Shown here piece by piece: positions 1 to 8,933 of a stretch of DNA of 51,406 nt. The DNA lies in the IMG/VR virus record IMGVR_UViG_3300027606_000001, positions 1-51,406 of that record; one strand, written 5' to 3'. This DNA is from a virus. Position 1 is the stretch's first letter, and each line of letters starts with the position of its first letter. The notes beneath the pieces were generated by a model that saw nothing but the letters and a program-made list of their open reading frames with translations, was not told the DNA's origin and ran no database searches. A program made the translations under genes and the position numbers.

Positions 1-58
1 TTTCGAATGGTGGAGGCCGAGGTCGGAATCGAACCGGCGTAGACGGATTTGCAATCCG
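1..58. repeat. att core copy (direct repeat of 51349-51406)
   Basis: tttcgaatggtggaggccgaggtcggaatcgaaccggcgtagacggatttgcaatccg is identical to 51349-51406. Confidence 0.95.
11..58 (-). pseudogene. Truncated 3' fragment of tRNA-Cys (duplicated by integration)
   Basis: The reverse complement reads anticodon arm cgga-TTGCAAA-tccg (GCA), T-loop GGTTCGATTCC, acceptor 3' strand ctcggcc, then T-CCA. Bases 59-130 lack the matching 5' acceptor strand GGCCGAG. Confidence 0.8.
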
Positions 59-177
59 CGACTAGTTTTCTTTAATTTCAATAACTTAGGCAAAGATCAG
101 TTCCGCACTAAAGCCATACTCCGGCTTCTGAACGCCTTTGTTTTCAAAGCGCACCAACCTAATTGCGGAACTGATTT

Positions 178-489
178 TCACCCCTTCCCCGGCGTCCTGC
201 CGACCACGATCCGTCCTGGCTCGTCCCTCTCCCACTCCTCTGCAGATTCATACCTCAACAGGCCCATGGCCCAGGCTTCTTCGTGCTCCAGTAGAGCCCA
301 CGTCCTGGCTGCCTCGGCAAGCTCCAGCATGTCGGATAGCGTGCCGGCATCAACCTCTCGCCGGCGGCTGGCCGCATAGGCCATTTCGTTAAGCACCGCG
401 GCGCGCCCATCCGGATCGGTGACCATGGCCGAACTGTCGTATAGCTCGTCCAGCCACGGCCTCGGAATGCCCGCCAGGTTACTCAACAC
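178..489 (-). CDS. Hypothetical acidic helical protein (103 aa), second gene of the LexA-box-proximal pair
   Basis: ORF track; GTG start at 489 overlaps the upstream gene's stop by 11 nt (alternative ATG at 426); no family recognised. Confidence 0.55.
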   Translation of the reverse strand: MLSNLAGIPRPWLDELYDSSAMVTDPDGRAAVLNEMAYAASRRREVDAGTLSDMLELAEAARTWALLEHEEAWAMGLLRYESAEEWERDEPGRIVVGRTPGKG

Positions 490-772
490 GGCACCACCAC
501 GACTGCGAGTACAGCACGCCGTCGACCTCTTCGAAGCCTGTGATGTTCATGCCCTGCTGGGCCATGCCGTTAACGCAGGCGTCGTGCAGGCGCGGGATGA
601 TGTCGCCGCTTGGGGTTGGGTTGAACACCCACGCCTCAATGCACGGCCGGCCAAGTACCTTGCTGTGCCCGTACTCGATGTGCACGTCTGCACGCAGCGG
701 CTTGATCTTGGCAAGCTTGTCGTTGGGGATGGCAACGCCGCGCTCACGGCGGCGAACAAGGAGGAAGTACAT
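479..772 (-). CDS. Hypothetical protein (97 aa from [12 protein letters not shown]; the ORF is open to 811)
   Basis: ORF 479..811. A start at 811 would place the LexA box inside the CDS and has no SD, so ATG 772 is preferred. Confidence 0.5.
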   Translation of the reverse strand: MYFLLVRRRERGVAIPNDKLAKIKPLRADVHIEYGHSKVLGRPCIEAWVFNPTPSGDIIPRLHDACVNGMAQQGMNITGFEEVDGVLYSQSWWCRVE

Positions 773-782
773 ACGGCACCAA

Positions 783-802
783 TACTGTATATCGATACAG
801 TA
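783..802. promoter_or_regulatory. LexA (SOS) box TACTGTATATCGATACAGTA
   Basis: Perfect 20-bp palindrome matching CTGT-N8-ACAG / TACTG(TA)5CAGTA at 18 of 20 positions. It lies between the divergent gene starting at 772 (-) and the SRAP gene starting at 879 (+), next to TTGACC at 804-809. Confidence 0.8.
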
Positions 803-878
803 TTTGACCATTCAAACGGAGGGGCAGGCCAGTACCGCCCGGCGGGCTATGCTTCTGGCTCAAGCAGGAGGACCGGAC

Positions 879-1553
879 ATGTGCGGAAGGTTGAGTCAGT
901 ACCGCGGGATCCATGACTTCGTTGAGACGCTGAGCATGCCAGAAGTCTGGCGGAACAACGTCGGTGACCAGGACCTGGGGCGGTACAACGTCGCGCCGAC
1001 CACGCAGGTCGCCGTGCTCCGGGTAGATGACGCAGGCCCGAGGGCGGACCTGGTGAGATGGGGGTGGCGGCCGCATTGGGCGACCGACCGCGCCGCGCCT
1101 ATCAACGCCCGTGTCGAGAAGGTGGCGCACGGCCCCTTCTTCAGGGCGATCTGGCCGCATCGAGCGATCACGCCGGTGGATGGCTGGTACGAGTGGGTGG
1201 ACGAAGGCGGTCCGAAGAAGCAGCCCTACTACATCCGCCGGCGGGATGGGCGCCCTGCCCTGTGCGCCTCAATCGGTCAGTTCGTCGGCAATGAGCACGA
1301 CGGGTTCGTGATCATCACTGCCGACGCCCAGGGCGGCCTGGTCGATGTGCACGACCGCCGGCCGGTCGTGCTGTCGCCTGATCTGGCGGTTGAATGGATC
1401 GCAGCAGGCATGCCCGGCGAGCATGCCGAACAGATGGTGCTGAACATGGGTGAGCCGGCGGAGACCTTCGAGTGGTACCGGGTTGGCACCGCTGTCGGCA
1501 ATGTGCGAAATCAGGGGCCGGACCTGATCTCTCCAGTCAGTAGCGCATCATAG
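879..1553 (+). CDS. SOS response-associated peptidase (SRAP, YedK/HMCES family)
   Basis: The translation starts MCGR (catalytic Cys2) and is SRAP-like throughout (WGWRPHW, PINARVE, PVDGWYEW, HDRRPVVL); SD aggagga at 865-871. Confidence 0.85.
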   Translation: MCGRLSQYRGIHDFVETLSMPEVWRNNVGDQDLGRYNVAPTTQVAVLRVDDAGPRADLVRWGWRPHWATDRAAPINARVEKVAHGPFFRAIWPHRAITPVDGWYEWVDEGGPKKQPYYIRRRDGRPALCASIGQFVGNEHDGFVIITADAQGGLVDVHDRRPVVLSPDLAVEWIAAGMPGEHAEQMVLNMGEPAETFEWYRVGTAVGNVRNQGPDLISPVSSAS

Positions 1554-2029
1554 GACGCCTCGCAAGCCAGGCCAGCTACTCGGGCGCGGTCATACGCTGC
1601 CGCCAGCTCTCGATTCGTTTCGACAGACCTGTCGAGCAGGTCGGAGAGCACCATTGCGGCGCGGCGGGCTGCCTCGCCTCGAGCGGCAACGGCGGGATCC
1701 TGGCCGGGGCAACCAACGGTGGCAACGAGCTTGCCTGCTTCGTCGTGCAGCCGCTGGCCAGCAGCATCAGCCCCAGCAGCAGCGGTTTCAGCAATGGTGC
1801 GTTGTTCCTGTGCATGCTCCCTGACCTCCTCGTGCGCCGCGGCGCGGCGATGTTCTTCCTGGCGTTCTCCGCGCTCGCCCAGCACCTCGGCCAGGCGATC
1901 GCCGCTGTCTCGCTGCGCAGATGTCGTTGCTGCCTCGGCGCGCTCCACCGACCGACCGTGTTGGTAGACGAGCCAGTACGACCCGACCACGACCAGCAGC
2001 GCAATCACGCGCACGCCCCAGCCGCTCAC
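1511..2029 (-). CDS. Rz: i-spanin (Rz-like, DUF2514-type)
   Basis: N-terminal TM segment (VIALLVVVGSYWLV) followed by a charged coiled coil; ATGA-type overlap with the endolysin stop; position directly after the endolysin. Confidence 0.8.
   Translation of the reverse strand: MSGWGVRVIALLVVVGSYWLVYQHGRSVERAEAATTSAQRDSGDRLAEVLGERGERQEEHRRAAAHEEVREHAQEQRTIAETAAAGADAAGQRLHDEAGKLVATVGCPGQDPAVAARGEAARRAAMVLSDLLDRSVETNRELAAAYDRARVAGLACEASYDALLTGEIRSGP
1576..1815 (-). CDS. Rz1: o-spanin lipoprotein (Rz1-like), fully embedded in the +1 frame of Rz
   Basis: MHRNNAPLLKPLLLGLMLLASGC has a signal peptide and lipobox (LASG/C); the mature part is proline-rich; it lies entirely inside 1511-2029. Confidence 0.75.
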   Translation of the reverse strand: MHRNNAPLLKPLLLGLMLLASGCTTKQASSLPPLVAPARIPPLPLEARQPAAPQWCSPTCSTGLSKRIESWRQRMTAPE

Positions 2030-2457
2030 GCAGCCCCCAGGAACAGATCACGCTCAGCGGCGCGGCGGCGGACCAGGCCCGGCAGAACCTTGCCACCCGC
2101 CTTGTTCCACCGCGGGAACTGCTCAGCGGCGGCGGCATAGTCCCCGGCATTGAGCAGGCGCCGCAGCGTGGACGATTCGAGGTTGGCCGAGCCCAGGTTG
2201 TAGGTGAAGCTCATCAGGGCGTCCCACTGGTTCTGATTCAGCGGTACCGTGACCAAGCGCTGCACCTCCGGCTCGAACCGCTGCACGTCGTTCAGCAGCA
2301 TCCGCTCGGCCTGCTCCTTGCTGATCGACATGCCGGCCTTCACACCCCGGGTGGTGCCGTAGCCGATGGTCCAGACGCCGACGGCATCTTGGTACGCCTG
2401 CAGGCGCAGGCCCTCGAACGACTTGATAAGGCTCAAGCCGCGTTGCGATGTACGCAT
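2026..2457 (-). CDS. Endolysin, GH24 lysozyme family
   Basis: MRTSQRGLSLIKSFEGLRLQAYQDAVGVWTIGYGTT is a T4/lambda-type lysozyme signature; SD ggagaaa upstream of ATG 2457. Confidence 0.9.
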   Translation of the reverse strand: MRTSQRGLSLIKSFEGLRLQAYQDAVGVWTIGYGTTRGVKAGMSISKEQAERMLLNDVQRFEPEVQRLVTVPLNQNQWDALMSFTYNLGSANLESSTLRRLLNAGDYAAAAEQFPRWNKAGGKVLPGLVRRRAAERDLFLGAA

Positions 2458-2472
2458 TGGGTTTTCTCCAGG

Positions 2473-2497
2473 CAAAAAAATACCGCCAGGCGGCGGT
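2473..2497 (-). terminator. Intrinsic terminator between the fibre chaperone and the endolysin
   Basis: Minus strand: accgcc-gcct-ggcggt followed by atttttttg. Confidence 0.6.
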
Positions 2498-2534
2498 CGG
2501 TGGTGTTCGAGGGACGGCAGGTCGTGCGGCCAGA

Positions 2535-3077
2535 TCAGGCTGGAGGTGTGGGCCATTCGATGGTCTCGGGATAGCCCGCTTGTTCGGGCAGGCGTTTCAG
2601 CGCAACCCGGAAGCGCTTCCACTCCTTCAGCAGCGCGACCTCTGCCTCGGTCGCCTCCTCCAGATCGACTGCGTCCTGCAGCGGCGCAATGGCGGCGTCG
2701 GCAATCACGCGCGACCTGGCCTCTTCCTCCAGGGCCTGCTGCAGTGGGGCGGCCGGTACCGGCTCTGGCGGCAATGGCACGGGCGCCTCTTCCACCGACA
2801 CATGCAAGGTGATGCTGTGCAACAGATCCGCCGGCTCACCGTCCTTGGCCACGCTCACCAGCAGCACGTCATCGGCAAAGCTGGTGGCCACCGAGGCGCC
2901 AGCGTCCATGTGGTTGATCACATACCCCCAGCCTTCCGGCGGTGGACACATGCCCAACGTGCCGCCCACCAGATACTGGCCGGGGCCAGGGTGCCCGACG
3001 GTGATATCAGCCTTGCCGAGCGACGTGATGTCGAGGATTGAGCCATCGCCCTTGATGTTGATTGCTGCTCTTGCCAT
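2535..3077 (-). CDS. Tail fibre assembly chaperone (Tfa-like C-terminus)
   Basis: The C-terminal EAEVALLKEWKRFRVALKRLPEQAGYPETIEWPTPP is typical of Caudovirales tail fibre assembly proteins; the gene follows the tail fibre gene. Confidence 0.75.
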   Translation of the reverse strand: MARAAINIKGDGSILDITSLGKADITVGHPGPGQYLVGGTLGMCPPPEGWGYVINHMDAGASVATSFADDVLLVSVAKDGEPADLLHSITLHVSVEEAPVPLPPEPVPAAPLQQALEEEARSRVIADAAIAPLQDAVDLEEATEAEVALLKEWKRFRVALKRLPEQAGYPETIEWPTPPA

Positions 3078-3079
3078 GG

Positions 3080-3931
3080 TCAGATCGCCTTCAGTGTGCC
3101 GTCAGCGGCTCGGGTGGTATTGCCGGTGTGATAGAGCTCGATCATCGGAGTGGCCTCGCCGTTATACACCGACCACATCTTGATGGTCCCCGTGATACCG
3201 GTAAGCCCGTACGGCCAGGCGATCATCAAGCGGTTACCGCCGGTGCCGAATCGGATGGTTTGCTTGTACCAGTAGCCAGTGCCTCCAGTGGGAGCATTCG
3301 GCGCGCCTGGGGCATAAAGGACTGGATCAAATCCCTGATCCAAGTCTGTGTACCAATTTTTCGTTGAGGATGAGTTTTGCGCATAGCCAAGAGCTTCGGC
3401 GCGCGCCACCTGACCAGGTGTAAATCCAAGATTCGCCACTGCAGCGGTGCCAAGTTCAAGTCCAGCCCTCGCCGCAGCAGCTGTAGCGCCGCCAGTGCCA
3501 CCTTTTGCGACTGGGACAATCGATTCCGTTGCCACAGTTCCAAGCCCCAGCCCCGAACGAGCATCCGACGCGGTGGTACCCCCGGTGCCACCCTTTGCAA
3601 CTGGCAAGACGTCATAGTTGCCCGTAGTGCCGAGAGCAGCCAGCTTGTTGCCGTACTGGTTGACGATGGCTCGCAACGCATCGGCCGAGTCCTTGACGTA
3701 GCCCTGCATCGGAGCGAGGCCATACCCGCCAGCGGATACGGTAGCCCCTTGGTAAGCCGGCAGGATGCTCAGCACCGTAGCGCTCGCGATGTTGGACACC
3801 TCATACCAACGGCCATCAGGCCCTTGGAAGGCATCCCCCACCCTGGCATTCGCGGCGAAGTTAGTGTTCGTGCCGACCACCGATGTTTGGCCGGCCGTGA
3901 TCGCGACCGTGCCTGATCTGTACCAAGGCAT
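3080..3931 (-). CDS. Tail fibre protein
   Basis: N-terminus MPWYRSGTVAITAGQTSVVGTNTNF; tandem PVAKGGTGG-TA--AR-GL-LGT repeats typical of phage fibres. Confidence 0.8.
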   Translation of the reverse strand: MPWYRSGTVAITAGQTSVVGTNTNFAANARVGDAFQGPDGRWYEVSNIASATVLSILPAYQGATVSAGGYGLAPMQGYVKDSADALRAIVNQYGNKLAALGTTGNYDVLPVAKGGTGGTTASDARSGLGLGTVATESIVPVAKGGTGGATAAAARAGLELGTAAVANLGFTPGQVARAEALGYAQNSSSTKNWYTDLDQGFDPVLYAPGAPNAPTGGTGYWYKQTIRFGTGGNRLMIAWPYGLTGITGTIKMWSVYNGEATPMIELYHTGNTTRAADGTLKAI

Positions 3932-3944
3932 GCAATTTTTCCTT

Positions 3945-4997
3945 TCAAAGTGGCTTCATTGGGCGGGACGCGAATAGCGTCCGTCCGTTCGCAGTCAATG
4001 GGTTGATGCCTGAACCGTTGTCACAGTACATCTGCAAGATCGAACGATTGCTTGGCAGGAAACCGCCGAAGTTGGCGCGAATTGGTTGAGTTGTTGCGCC
4101 GATGTTCGTGCATGAAAACAGCGCATTGGCCAGAACATAATCCGCGTAGTTGCCAGTCCATGGCATCTGCTGGCTCGGCGCGTAGTAGTTTGGCCGGGTG
4201 ATTGGTGTGCCAGTGTTTACGAAGGCTGTACTTGCGGGCTGGCTATTGAGGAGGGACAGGTTCGCAGTGGTGACGAAAGTCCGATTTCCACTGGCGTCAC
4301 GGACTGACGCACCGTACTCACCTTCCGGGGTATTCGGCGCCATGTAGCTCGCGCAATACCATTTGATCTGCATCGGATATAGCCATACATCACCATGGGT
4401 TGGATCGTTCCACGCCTTGACACGGAACCCCGTCCAGTTTCCTGGGCTCCCTATAACGTAGAAGTTTCCCACCATCATGTAATTGGCAGCGTTCAAAAAT
4501 ATCAGCGGCCTTTCATAGGTCGTGATAGGTGACGAAAAGTCTGCCCCACCCCACTGAATTTGCGTACCGCTGCCTGGGCCCTGAAATCCGATATTGAAGT
4601 TCCCGCTGTAGCGCACAGTGAGCACTCGGTTTATCGCATCGATCTGCGTCTTAACGTTGTTGTTGAAAGCCCGAATGCCATAACTGCCAGGCGCAGAGAA
4701 TGGCTCTCCGCCCTGTGACAGGATCATGACTTGCCATTGATTGCTGTATGGCTGCCGCAACTGCAAAGTACCTGTCGAGTACCAAGCCTGCGGCGAAGAA
4801 GTATTCTCCCCAAGGTTCTGCAGGGTATCGACCACCACGAACGACTGGGCTTGAATCTCGGGGATCGAAATGTACTGATCGAATGCCCCGTTGCCGGTCA
4901 CCTGCATCATTTTCAGCGAGCGAATCGGCGTGATCGTGGTGTCTAGCGTAACGGCCCCGGACGCATCCCGCGTCCGGAGCCCATACTGCACAGCCAT
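3945..4997 (-). CDS. Hypothetical tail-associated protein (350 aa), between J and the fibre
   Basis: Long ORF, start coupled to the J stop, visibly more A/T-rich than its neighbours; no family recognised. Confidence 0.6.
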   Translation of the reverse strand: MAVQYGLRTRDASGAVTLDTTITPIRSLKMMQVTGNGAFDQYISIPEIQAQSFVVVDTLQNLGENTSSPQAWYSTGTLQLRQPYSNQWQVMILSQGGEPFSAPGSYGIRAFNNNVKTQIDAINRVLTVRYSGNFNIGFQGPGSGTQIQWGGADFSSPITTYERPLIFLNAANYMMVGNFYVIGSPGNWTGFRVKAWNDPTHGDVWLYPMQIKWYCASYMAPNTPEGEYGASVRDASGNRTFVTTANLSLLNSQPASTAFVNTGTPITRPNYYAPSQQMPWTGNYADYVLANALFSCTNIGATTQPIRANFGGFLPSNRSILQMYCDNGSGINPLTANGRTLFASRPMKPL

Positions 4998-7930
4998 CAG
5001 GTCATCCTCCCCAGAGCCGCGCGCTCGATGTTGTTCAGGTCGTAGACGTAGATGCCGCCGTTGTTGATCAGCGTTGACCCGTTTCCGTCCTGGCCGCGAA
5101 GGGTGAAAGTACCGTTCACCATGTTCAGCTCGATCAGTGGCCGACCTTGGGAGTCGACCGCCTGGGACCGAAGCGTCATACCCAGGATGAGCTGCTGAAT
5201 GAAAGCGGAGTTGATGAATGCGGTGTTGACGTACATCTGCCCGTTCTGGAAAACGAATAGGTTGGCCTCCGGGCCGCTCAGGCCGTTGGCGATGACGACC
5301 TGATCGGCAGACATGATGATCTGACCGACGCTTCCGTCACTGCCTTGGACGATGCCCGTGGCCACCTTCTTGCCGTTGACGTTGGTCTCGGTCTTCCAGG
5401 AGGAGATCGCAGACACCTTGCCGTCAATGCCGGCAACGACTTCGTCTGTCCTTTGGATCGCCGACTTGGCGTCCCCCACCTGGGCTGTCAAGGTTTCCGT
5501 GCTGCGGGCGAGCGCGGTGGTTTCGGTTGTCCGCACCATTTCCTCGCGAACAATCGCCGCCGTTGATGACCACAGCTTAAGTGCTCCAGCGAGTTCGCCC
5601 TCGGCGTCATCGTCCCGCGACGAAGCCCGCAGGACCTGAACACTTTCTGCGGTGAAGGTTACCTTGCCGTCGACCTCCTGAATCTTGGCCGTGTTGGTTT
5701 GGACTTGCTGAGCCAGGCCGTTGGCAGATTCAACTGACTGGCCAACGTCGATCCATAGCGAGGTGTTCGGCGGGGCATTCGCGCCCGACGGGTCAGCCGG
5801 TACTGGCACTTTCGCCTGGTAGATCCGCCCCTCCTCGACGACCATCTGTCCAACTTCATAGGGCTCGTCCTTGTTGTAAGCCTTGAGCCCGTCCAGTGCA
5901 TCGATCTGCTCCTGCAAGCCATCGATCTCTTCACCAAGCACTGGCCCGATCTGCCCTCGCTCAATCTTCCCTTTGAGCGCCTCGAGCATCGTGCTCACGT
6001 CGGTCGAGGTAGAGGCCGATATCTTCAGGTAACCACTTACTCCGTAGGCGTTCTTGGACCTGATGAAGTAGTAGTAGTTGGTGAAGAAGGCCAAGCCGGT
6101 GTGAGTCAGGCTCAGGCCCTGCCCCAGGTACTCGGCCTGCGACACTGGCGCCTGCGGATCCAGCGTGTAGAAGTACTCGTAGGTGCCCCCGTTCAGGCCG
6201 TGCTGTACGTTGCTGGGTGCCAGGTTGATGCTCTCGATCGTCGATGTCACAACGCAGGCTTCCGGCACAGGGGGGCCATCGATGTTGACGGTAATACTCG
6301 CCTCGCCCGAGCGGGCCAGGGGACCAAGCGCGGCCACGCTCATGGTGTAGTTGCCGGACGGCAGGCCAGACAGCGGCAGCTGCAAGGTTGTCTCCGGCAC
6401 CTGGTGCGCCTGAACGGCTACGCCGGCCTGGCGCACGGTCACAGCGAACCCCGTCACGATCCCGAACGGTCGATCCCAGCTGAGCACGCCCTGAGTGACC
6501 TCGGCGGTTTCGTCCTGGGTCCAAGCCAGATTGGTGGGCGAGCCGAGACCGCCGGCGGGCATGTTGATGAAGCCGATCGGGTTGTAGGGCTGACCCACAG
6601 CATCATCGAACTGGCCGGCGTCATATTGCTGGACAGCGGCTGTGCATCCCTCGCTGGTGCCCATGCTCCAGTTGGTGACGATGAACTCGCCGAGGATGTT
6701 GAGTGAGGGCAGGTTCACCCGTACCACGCGACCCGGGCGGCAGTTGTAGCCCGTCAGGTTGAGAGGGATGCTGATCACCCCGCCCGCGCGACGCCGGCGC
6801 AGCTCTATGTTGGCCAAGCGTTGTGCCTGGTATGGATCAGTGACGTAGGAGAACGTCAGCGTTTCTGCGGCCTCACCACCATCAGCAATCACCCACTCGT
6901 CGACGCTCACCTCTGGATAATCGGTCTCGGTCCAGGACTGTTTCGTGTCTATGAAGGTGCCGCGGATCGTGTTGATTGCTGCATCGTTGGTAGGCTCAGT
7001 GCTGCCAGTGATGGTGCCGATCACCATGTCCTCGGTGATTTCGAAGTCCCACGGCCCGTAGTAAGCGCCGGCCTGGAACATCCAGCGTCCGCCGACGCGG
7101 ATGACCTTGCCGCCGCACGCGGCCTCCAGCTTCTGCAGGACATTGGTGCGCTGCTCATCGGCACCAATCACGCAACTGCTGCGGTACCGCGGGCTGGTCG
7201 TTCCATCTGGGTTTGCCACCGACTCATCACACACGTTGGCCCCGCTGGCGAACGTCTCGAAGACGATCTCGTCATCCGGCACTCCGCACCGATTGCGCAG
7301 AAACCACAGAGCATGAAGCGCAGTGTTCTCGGTGTACGCAGCCATGCCGGTGCGCGGATCGTAGATATCGTTACGCCCACGCACGACGAAGCGAACATCC
7401 GGGATGCCAGACGGGAATCTCTCGGCGCTGTAGCGCAGCGACAGACGCACGAATGACAGGCCACGACCTATCTGCTCATCCTTCCAGTCAGGGCAGTGAG
7501 CCTTGAGGTAAGCGTTCACCTGGGTAGGGTTAACTACCAGTTCATACGCCGCATGATCGGCGTAGGTCGCAATCTCCTCTTCGCCCAGATAGATGTTTTC
7601 GATTCCATCAACCGCGCCCTCGCACAGGACATAGACCATGTGCAGCCACTCACCGTCGGCCTCACCGCCTGGCTGCTCCTGTGCCCACACCAGAACGCCG
7701 CCTGTGCTGACCTTGCCCAGAATGAAACGCACTGCAGCTTTCGAGGATCGAACAGTCTGTGCCGAAGGCTCATTGTCCCTGAGAGGGGACTTGGTATTCA
7801 GCTTCTCCTGCTGCTCGGCGGCATAGAAGGCCAGTCCTGCGCCAATAGCAGCACCGACAGGTCCGCCCGAGATGAAGCCAACAACCGCCCCCACCGCCAC
7901 TTGGGCGATCTTCTTGACGCCTCCACTCAT
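4997..7930 (-). CDS. Host specificity / central tail fibre protein (lambda J-like)
   Basis: 977 aa from MSGGVKKIA (TAATG overlap with the upstream stop); J-like regions (LVWAQEQP, VRFVVRGRNDIYDPRTG), FN3-like middle, J C-terminal motif. Confidence 0.85.
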   Translation of the reverse strand: MSGGVKKIAQVAVGAVVGFISGGPVGAAIGAGLAFYAAEQQEKLNTKSPLRDNEPSAQTVRSSKAAVRFILGKVSTGGVLVWAQEQPGGEADGEWLHMVYVLCEGAVDGIENIYLGEEEIATYADHAAYELVVNPTQVNAYLKAHCPDWKDEQIGRGLSFVRLSLRYSAERFPSGIPDVRFVVRGRNDIYDPRTGMAAYTENTALHALWFLRNRCGVPDDEIVFETFASGANVCDESVANPDGTTSPRYRSSCVIGADEQRTNVLQKLEAACGGKVIRVGGRWMFQAGAYYGPWDFEITEDMVIGTITGSTEPTNDAAINTIRGTFIDTKQSWTETDYPEVSVDEWVIADGGEAAETLTFSYVTDPYQAQRLANIELRRRRAGGVISIPLNLTGYNCRPGRVVRVNLPSLNILGEFIVTNWSMGTSEGCTAAVQQYDAGQFDDAVGQPYNPIGFINMPAGGLGSPTNLAWTQDETAEVTQGVLSWDRPFGIVTGFAVTVRQAGVAVQAHQVPETTLQLPLSGLPSGNYTMSVAALGPLARSGEASITVNIDGPPVPEACVVTSTIESINLAPSNVQHGLNGGTYEYFYTLDPQAPVSQAEYLGQGLSLTHTGLAFFTNYYYFIRSKNAYGVSGYLKISASTSTDVSTMLEALKGKIERGQIGPVLGEEIDGLQEQIDALDGLKAYNKDEPYEVGQMVVEEGRIYQAKVPVPADPSGANAPPNTSLWIDVGQSVESANGLAQQVQTNTAKIQEVDGKVTFTAESVQVLRASSRDDDAEGELAGALKLWSSTAAIVREEMVRTTETTALARSTETLTAQVGDAKSAIQRTDEVVAGIDGKVSAISSWKTETNVNGKKVATGIVQGSDGSVGQIIMSADQVVIANGLSGPEANLFVFQNGQMYVNTAFINSAFIQQLILGMTLRSQAVDSQGRPLIELNMVNGTFTLRGQDGNGSTLINNGGIYVYDLNNIERAALGRMT

Positions 7931-8328
7931 TACTCGATTCTCCAGGCAGCAATGGGATCGCACACCACTTTGGCTACGCCGTCTTCAGTCGTGGCCCAGA
8001 ACTCGCCAGCCCAGAAGACCGCCATGGATCTACCGCCGGGAGCGTCATAAATGACAACGTCGCCGCGCTGTATGAAGGCAGGAGCCACCCGCGCAAAGTG
8101 AAAGTCCCAGGCAGCCTCAAGGCTTCCGTGATTTTTCTTCAAGGCCCGCTTGGCGCCGGCTTCGGTCTTGTAGGTTCCGCGGTAGACCTGGGCCGGATCT
8201 GTACCGCACACGGCCATTGCGCAGTCAGCAGCGAACAGGCAGCAGTCAAATTCTCCCCATGAAAAAGGCCGCTCTCTGGCGGCCTTGATCACGTCGTTGA
8301 GACGCACTGTCCAATCTCGATTGCGCAT
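7930..8328 (-). CDS. Tail tip protein, NlpC/P60-like (lambda K-position)
   Basis: 132 aa from MRNRDW; WGEFDCCLFAADCA is a Cys-containing motif; it lies between the L-like and J-like genes. Confidence 0.6.
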   Translation of the reverse strand: MRNRDWTVRLNDVIKAARERPFSWGEFDCCLFAADCAMAVCGTDPAQVYRGTYKTEAGAKRALKKNHGSLEAAWDFHFARVAPAFIQRGDVVIYDAPGGRSMAVFWAGEFWATTEDGVAKVVCDPIAAWRIE

Positions 8329-8330
8329 GT

Positions 8331-8933
8331 CTATTTCTCGTAGTTGAAGGCCGGCGCGTCCTTGCTGGAGCCCCAATAGATCGGCCACTCGGACAGCTGG
8401 GCGACGGCGTAGAAGAAGCGGTCGCCCTGGTGGCGGGCACGGTGGTTTTCGTCGGTGAAGCGCTCGGTACCGGTGCGACTCCACTCGGCCATCCGGTCAA
8501 CGATCGGCACCGTGATCTTGTTGCCGTCCTCGCCATTGCCGGCGTAGGAGAACGTGGCCGCGTCCATGCGCCCTGAGAACAGGATGTCCACGGCGTAATT
8601 TCCAGCCTCGTCGAACACCACAAACAGCAGCTTGCCCGAACGCCCACGGCAGCCGCGGATATTCGTCTCGGTGATGATGTAGCTGTCCAGGCCGTTCAAG
8701 CTCAGTTCTACGGACATGGGCGAGTTGGAGTTGTCGCTCTCCTGCGACTGGCCAACATCGCCGAACTGTCCCACCCCGAGGTAGGTAATGCCGTCGATCA
8801 CCAGGTCGCCGGTACCGGTATGGGCGTACACCGGGCCATCCTCGAAGTCGAGTTGGCAGGCGTAGACAGTCATGAATCGTCCAGTGGCAATGATATCGAC
8901 CACGCTTTGGCTGAAGGGGAATGTCGAGGGCAT
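8331..8933 (-). CDS. Minor tail / tail tip protein (DUF2163 / BR0599-like by recall)
   Basis: 200-aa ORF in the conserved tail-tip gene order; family assigned by recall only. Confidence 0.55.
   Translation of the reverse strand: MPSTFPFSQSVVDIIATGRFMTVYACQLDFEDGPVYAHTGTGDLVIDGITYLGVGQFGDVGQSQESDNSNSPMSVELSLNGLDSYIITETNIRGCRGRSGKLLFVVFDEAGNYAVDILFSGRMDAATFSYAGNGEDGNKITVPIVDRMAEWSRTGTERFTDENHRARHQGDRFFYAVAQLSEWPIYWGSSKDAPAFNYEK

Noticed and set aside
540-878. N-terminal extension of the SRAP ORF (the track lists 540..1553)
   Set aside because: SRAP enzymes use Cys2 after the initiator Met (MCGR at 879, with SD aggagga). The extension would read through the LexA box and overlap the divergent gene.
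3440-3610. Tandem repeat inside the tail fibre gene
   Set aside because: It encodes the common fibre repeat PVAKGGTGG-TA-AR-GL-LGT. It is an ordinary protein repeat, not a DNA-level element.
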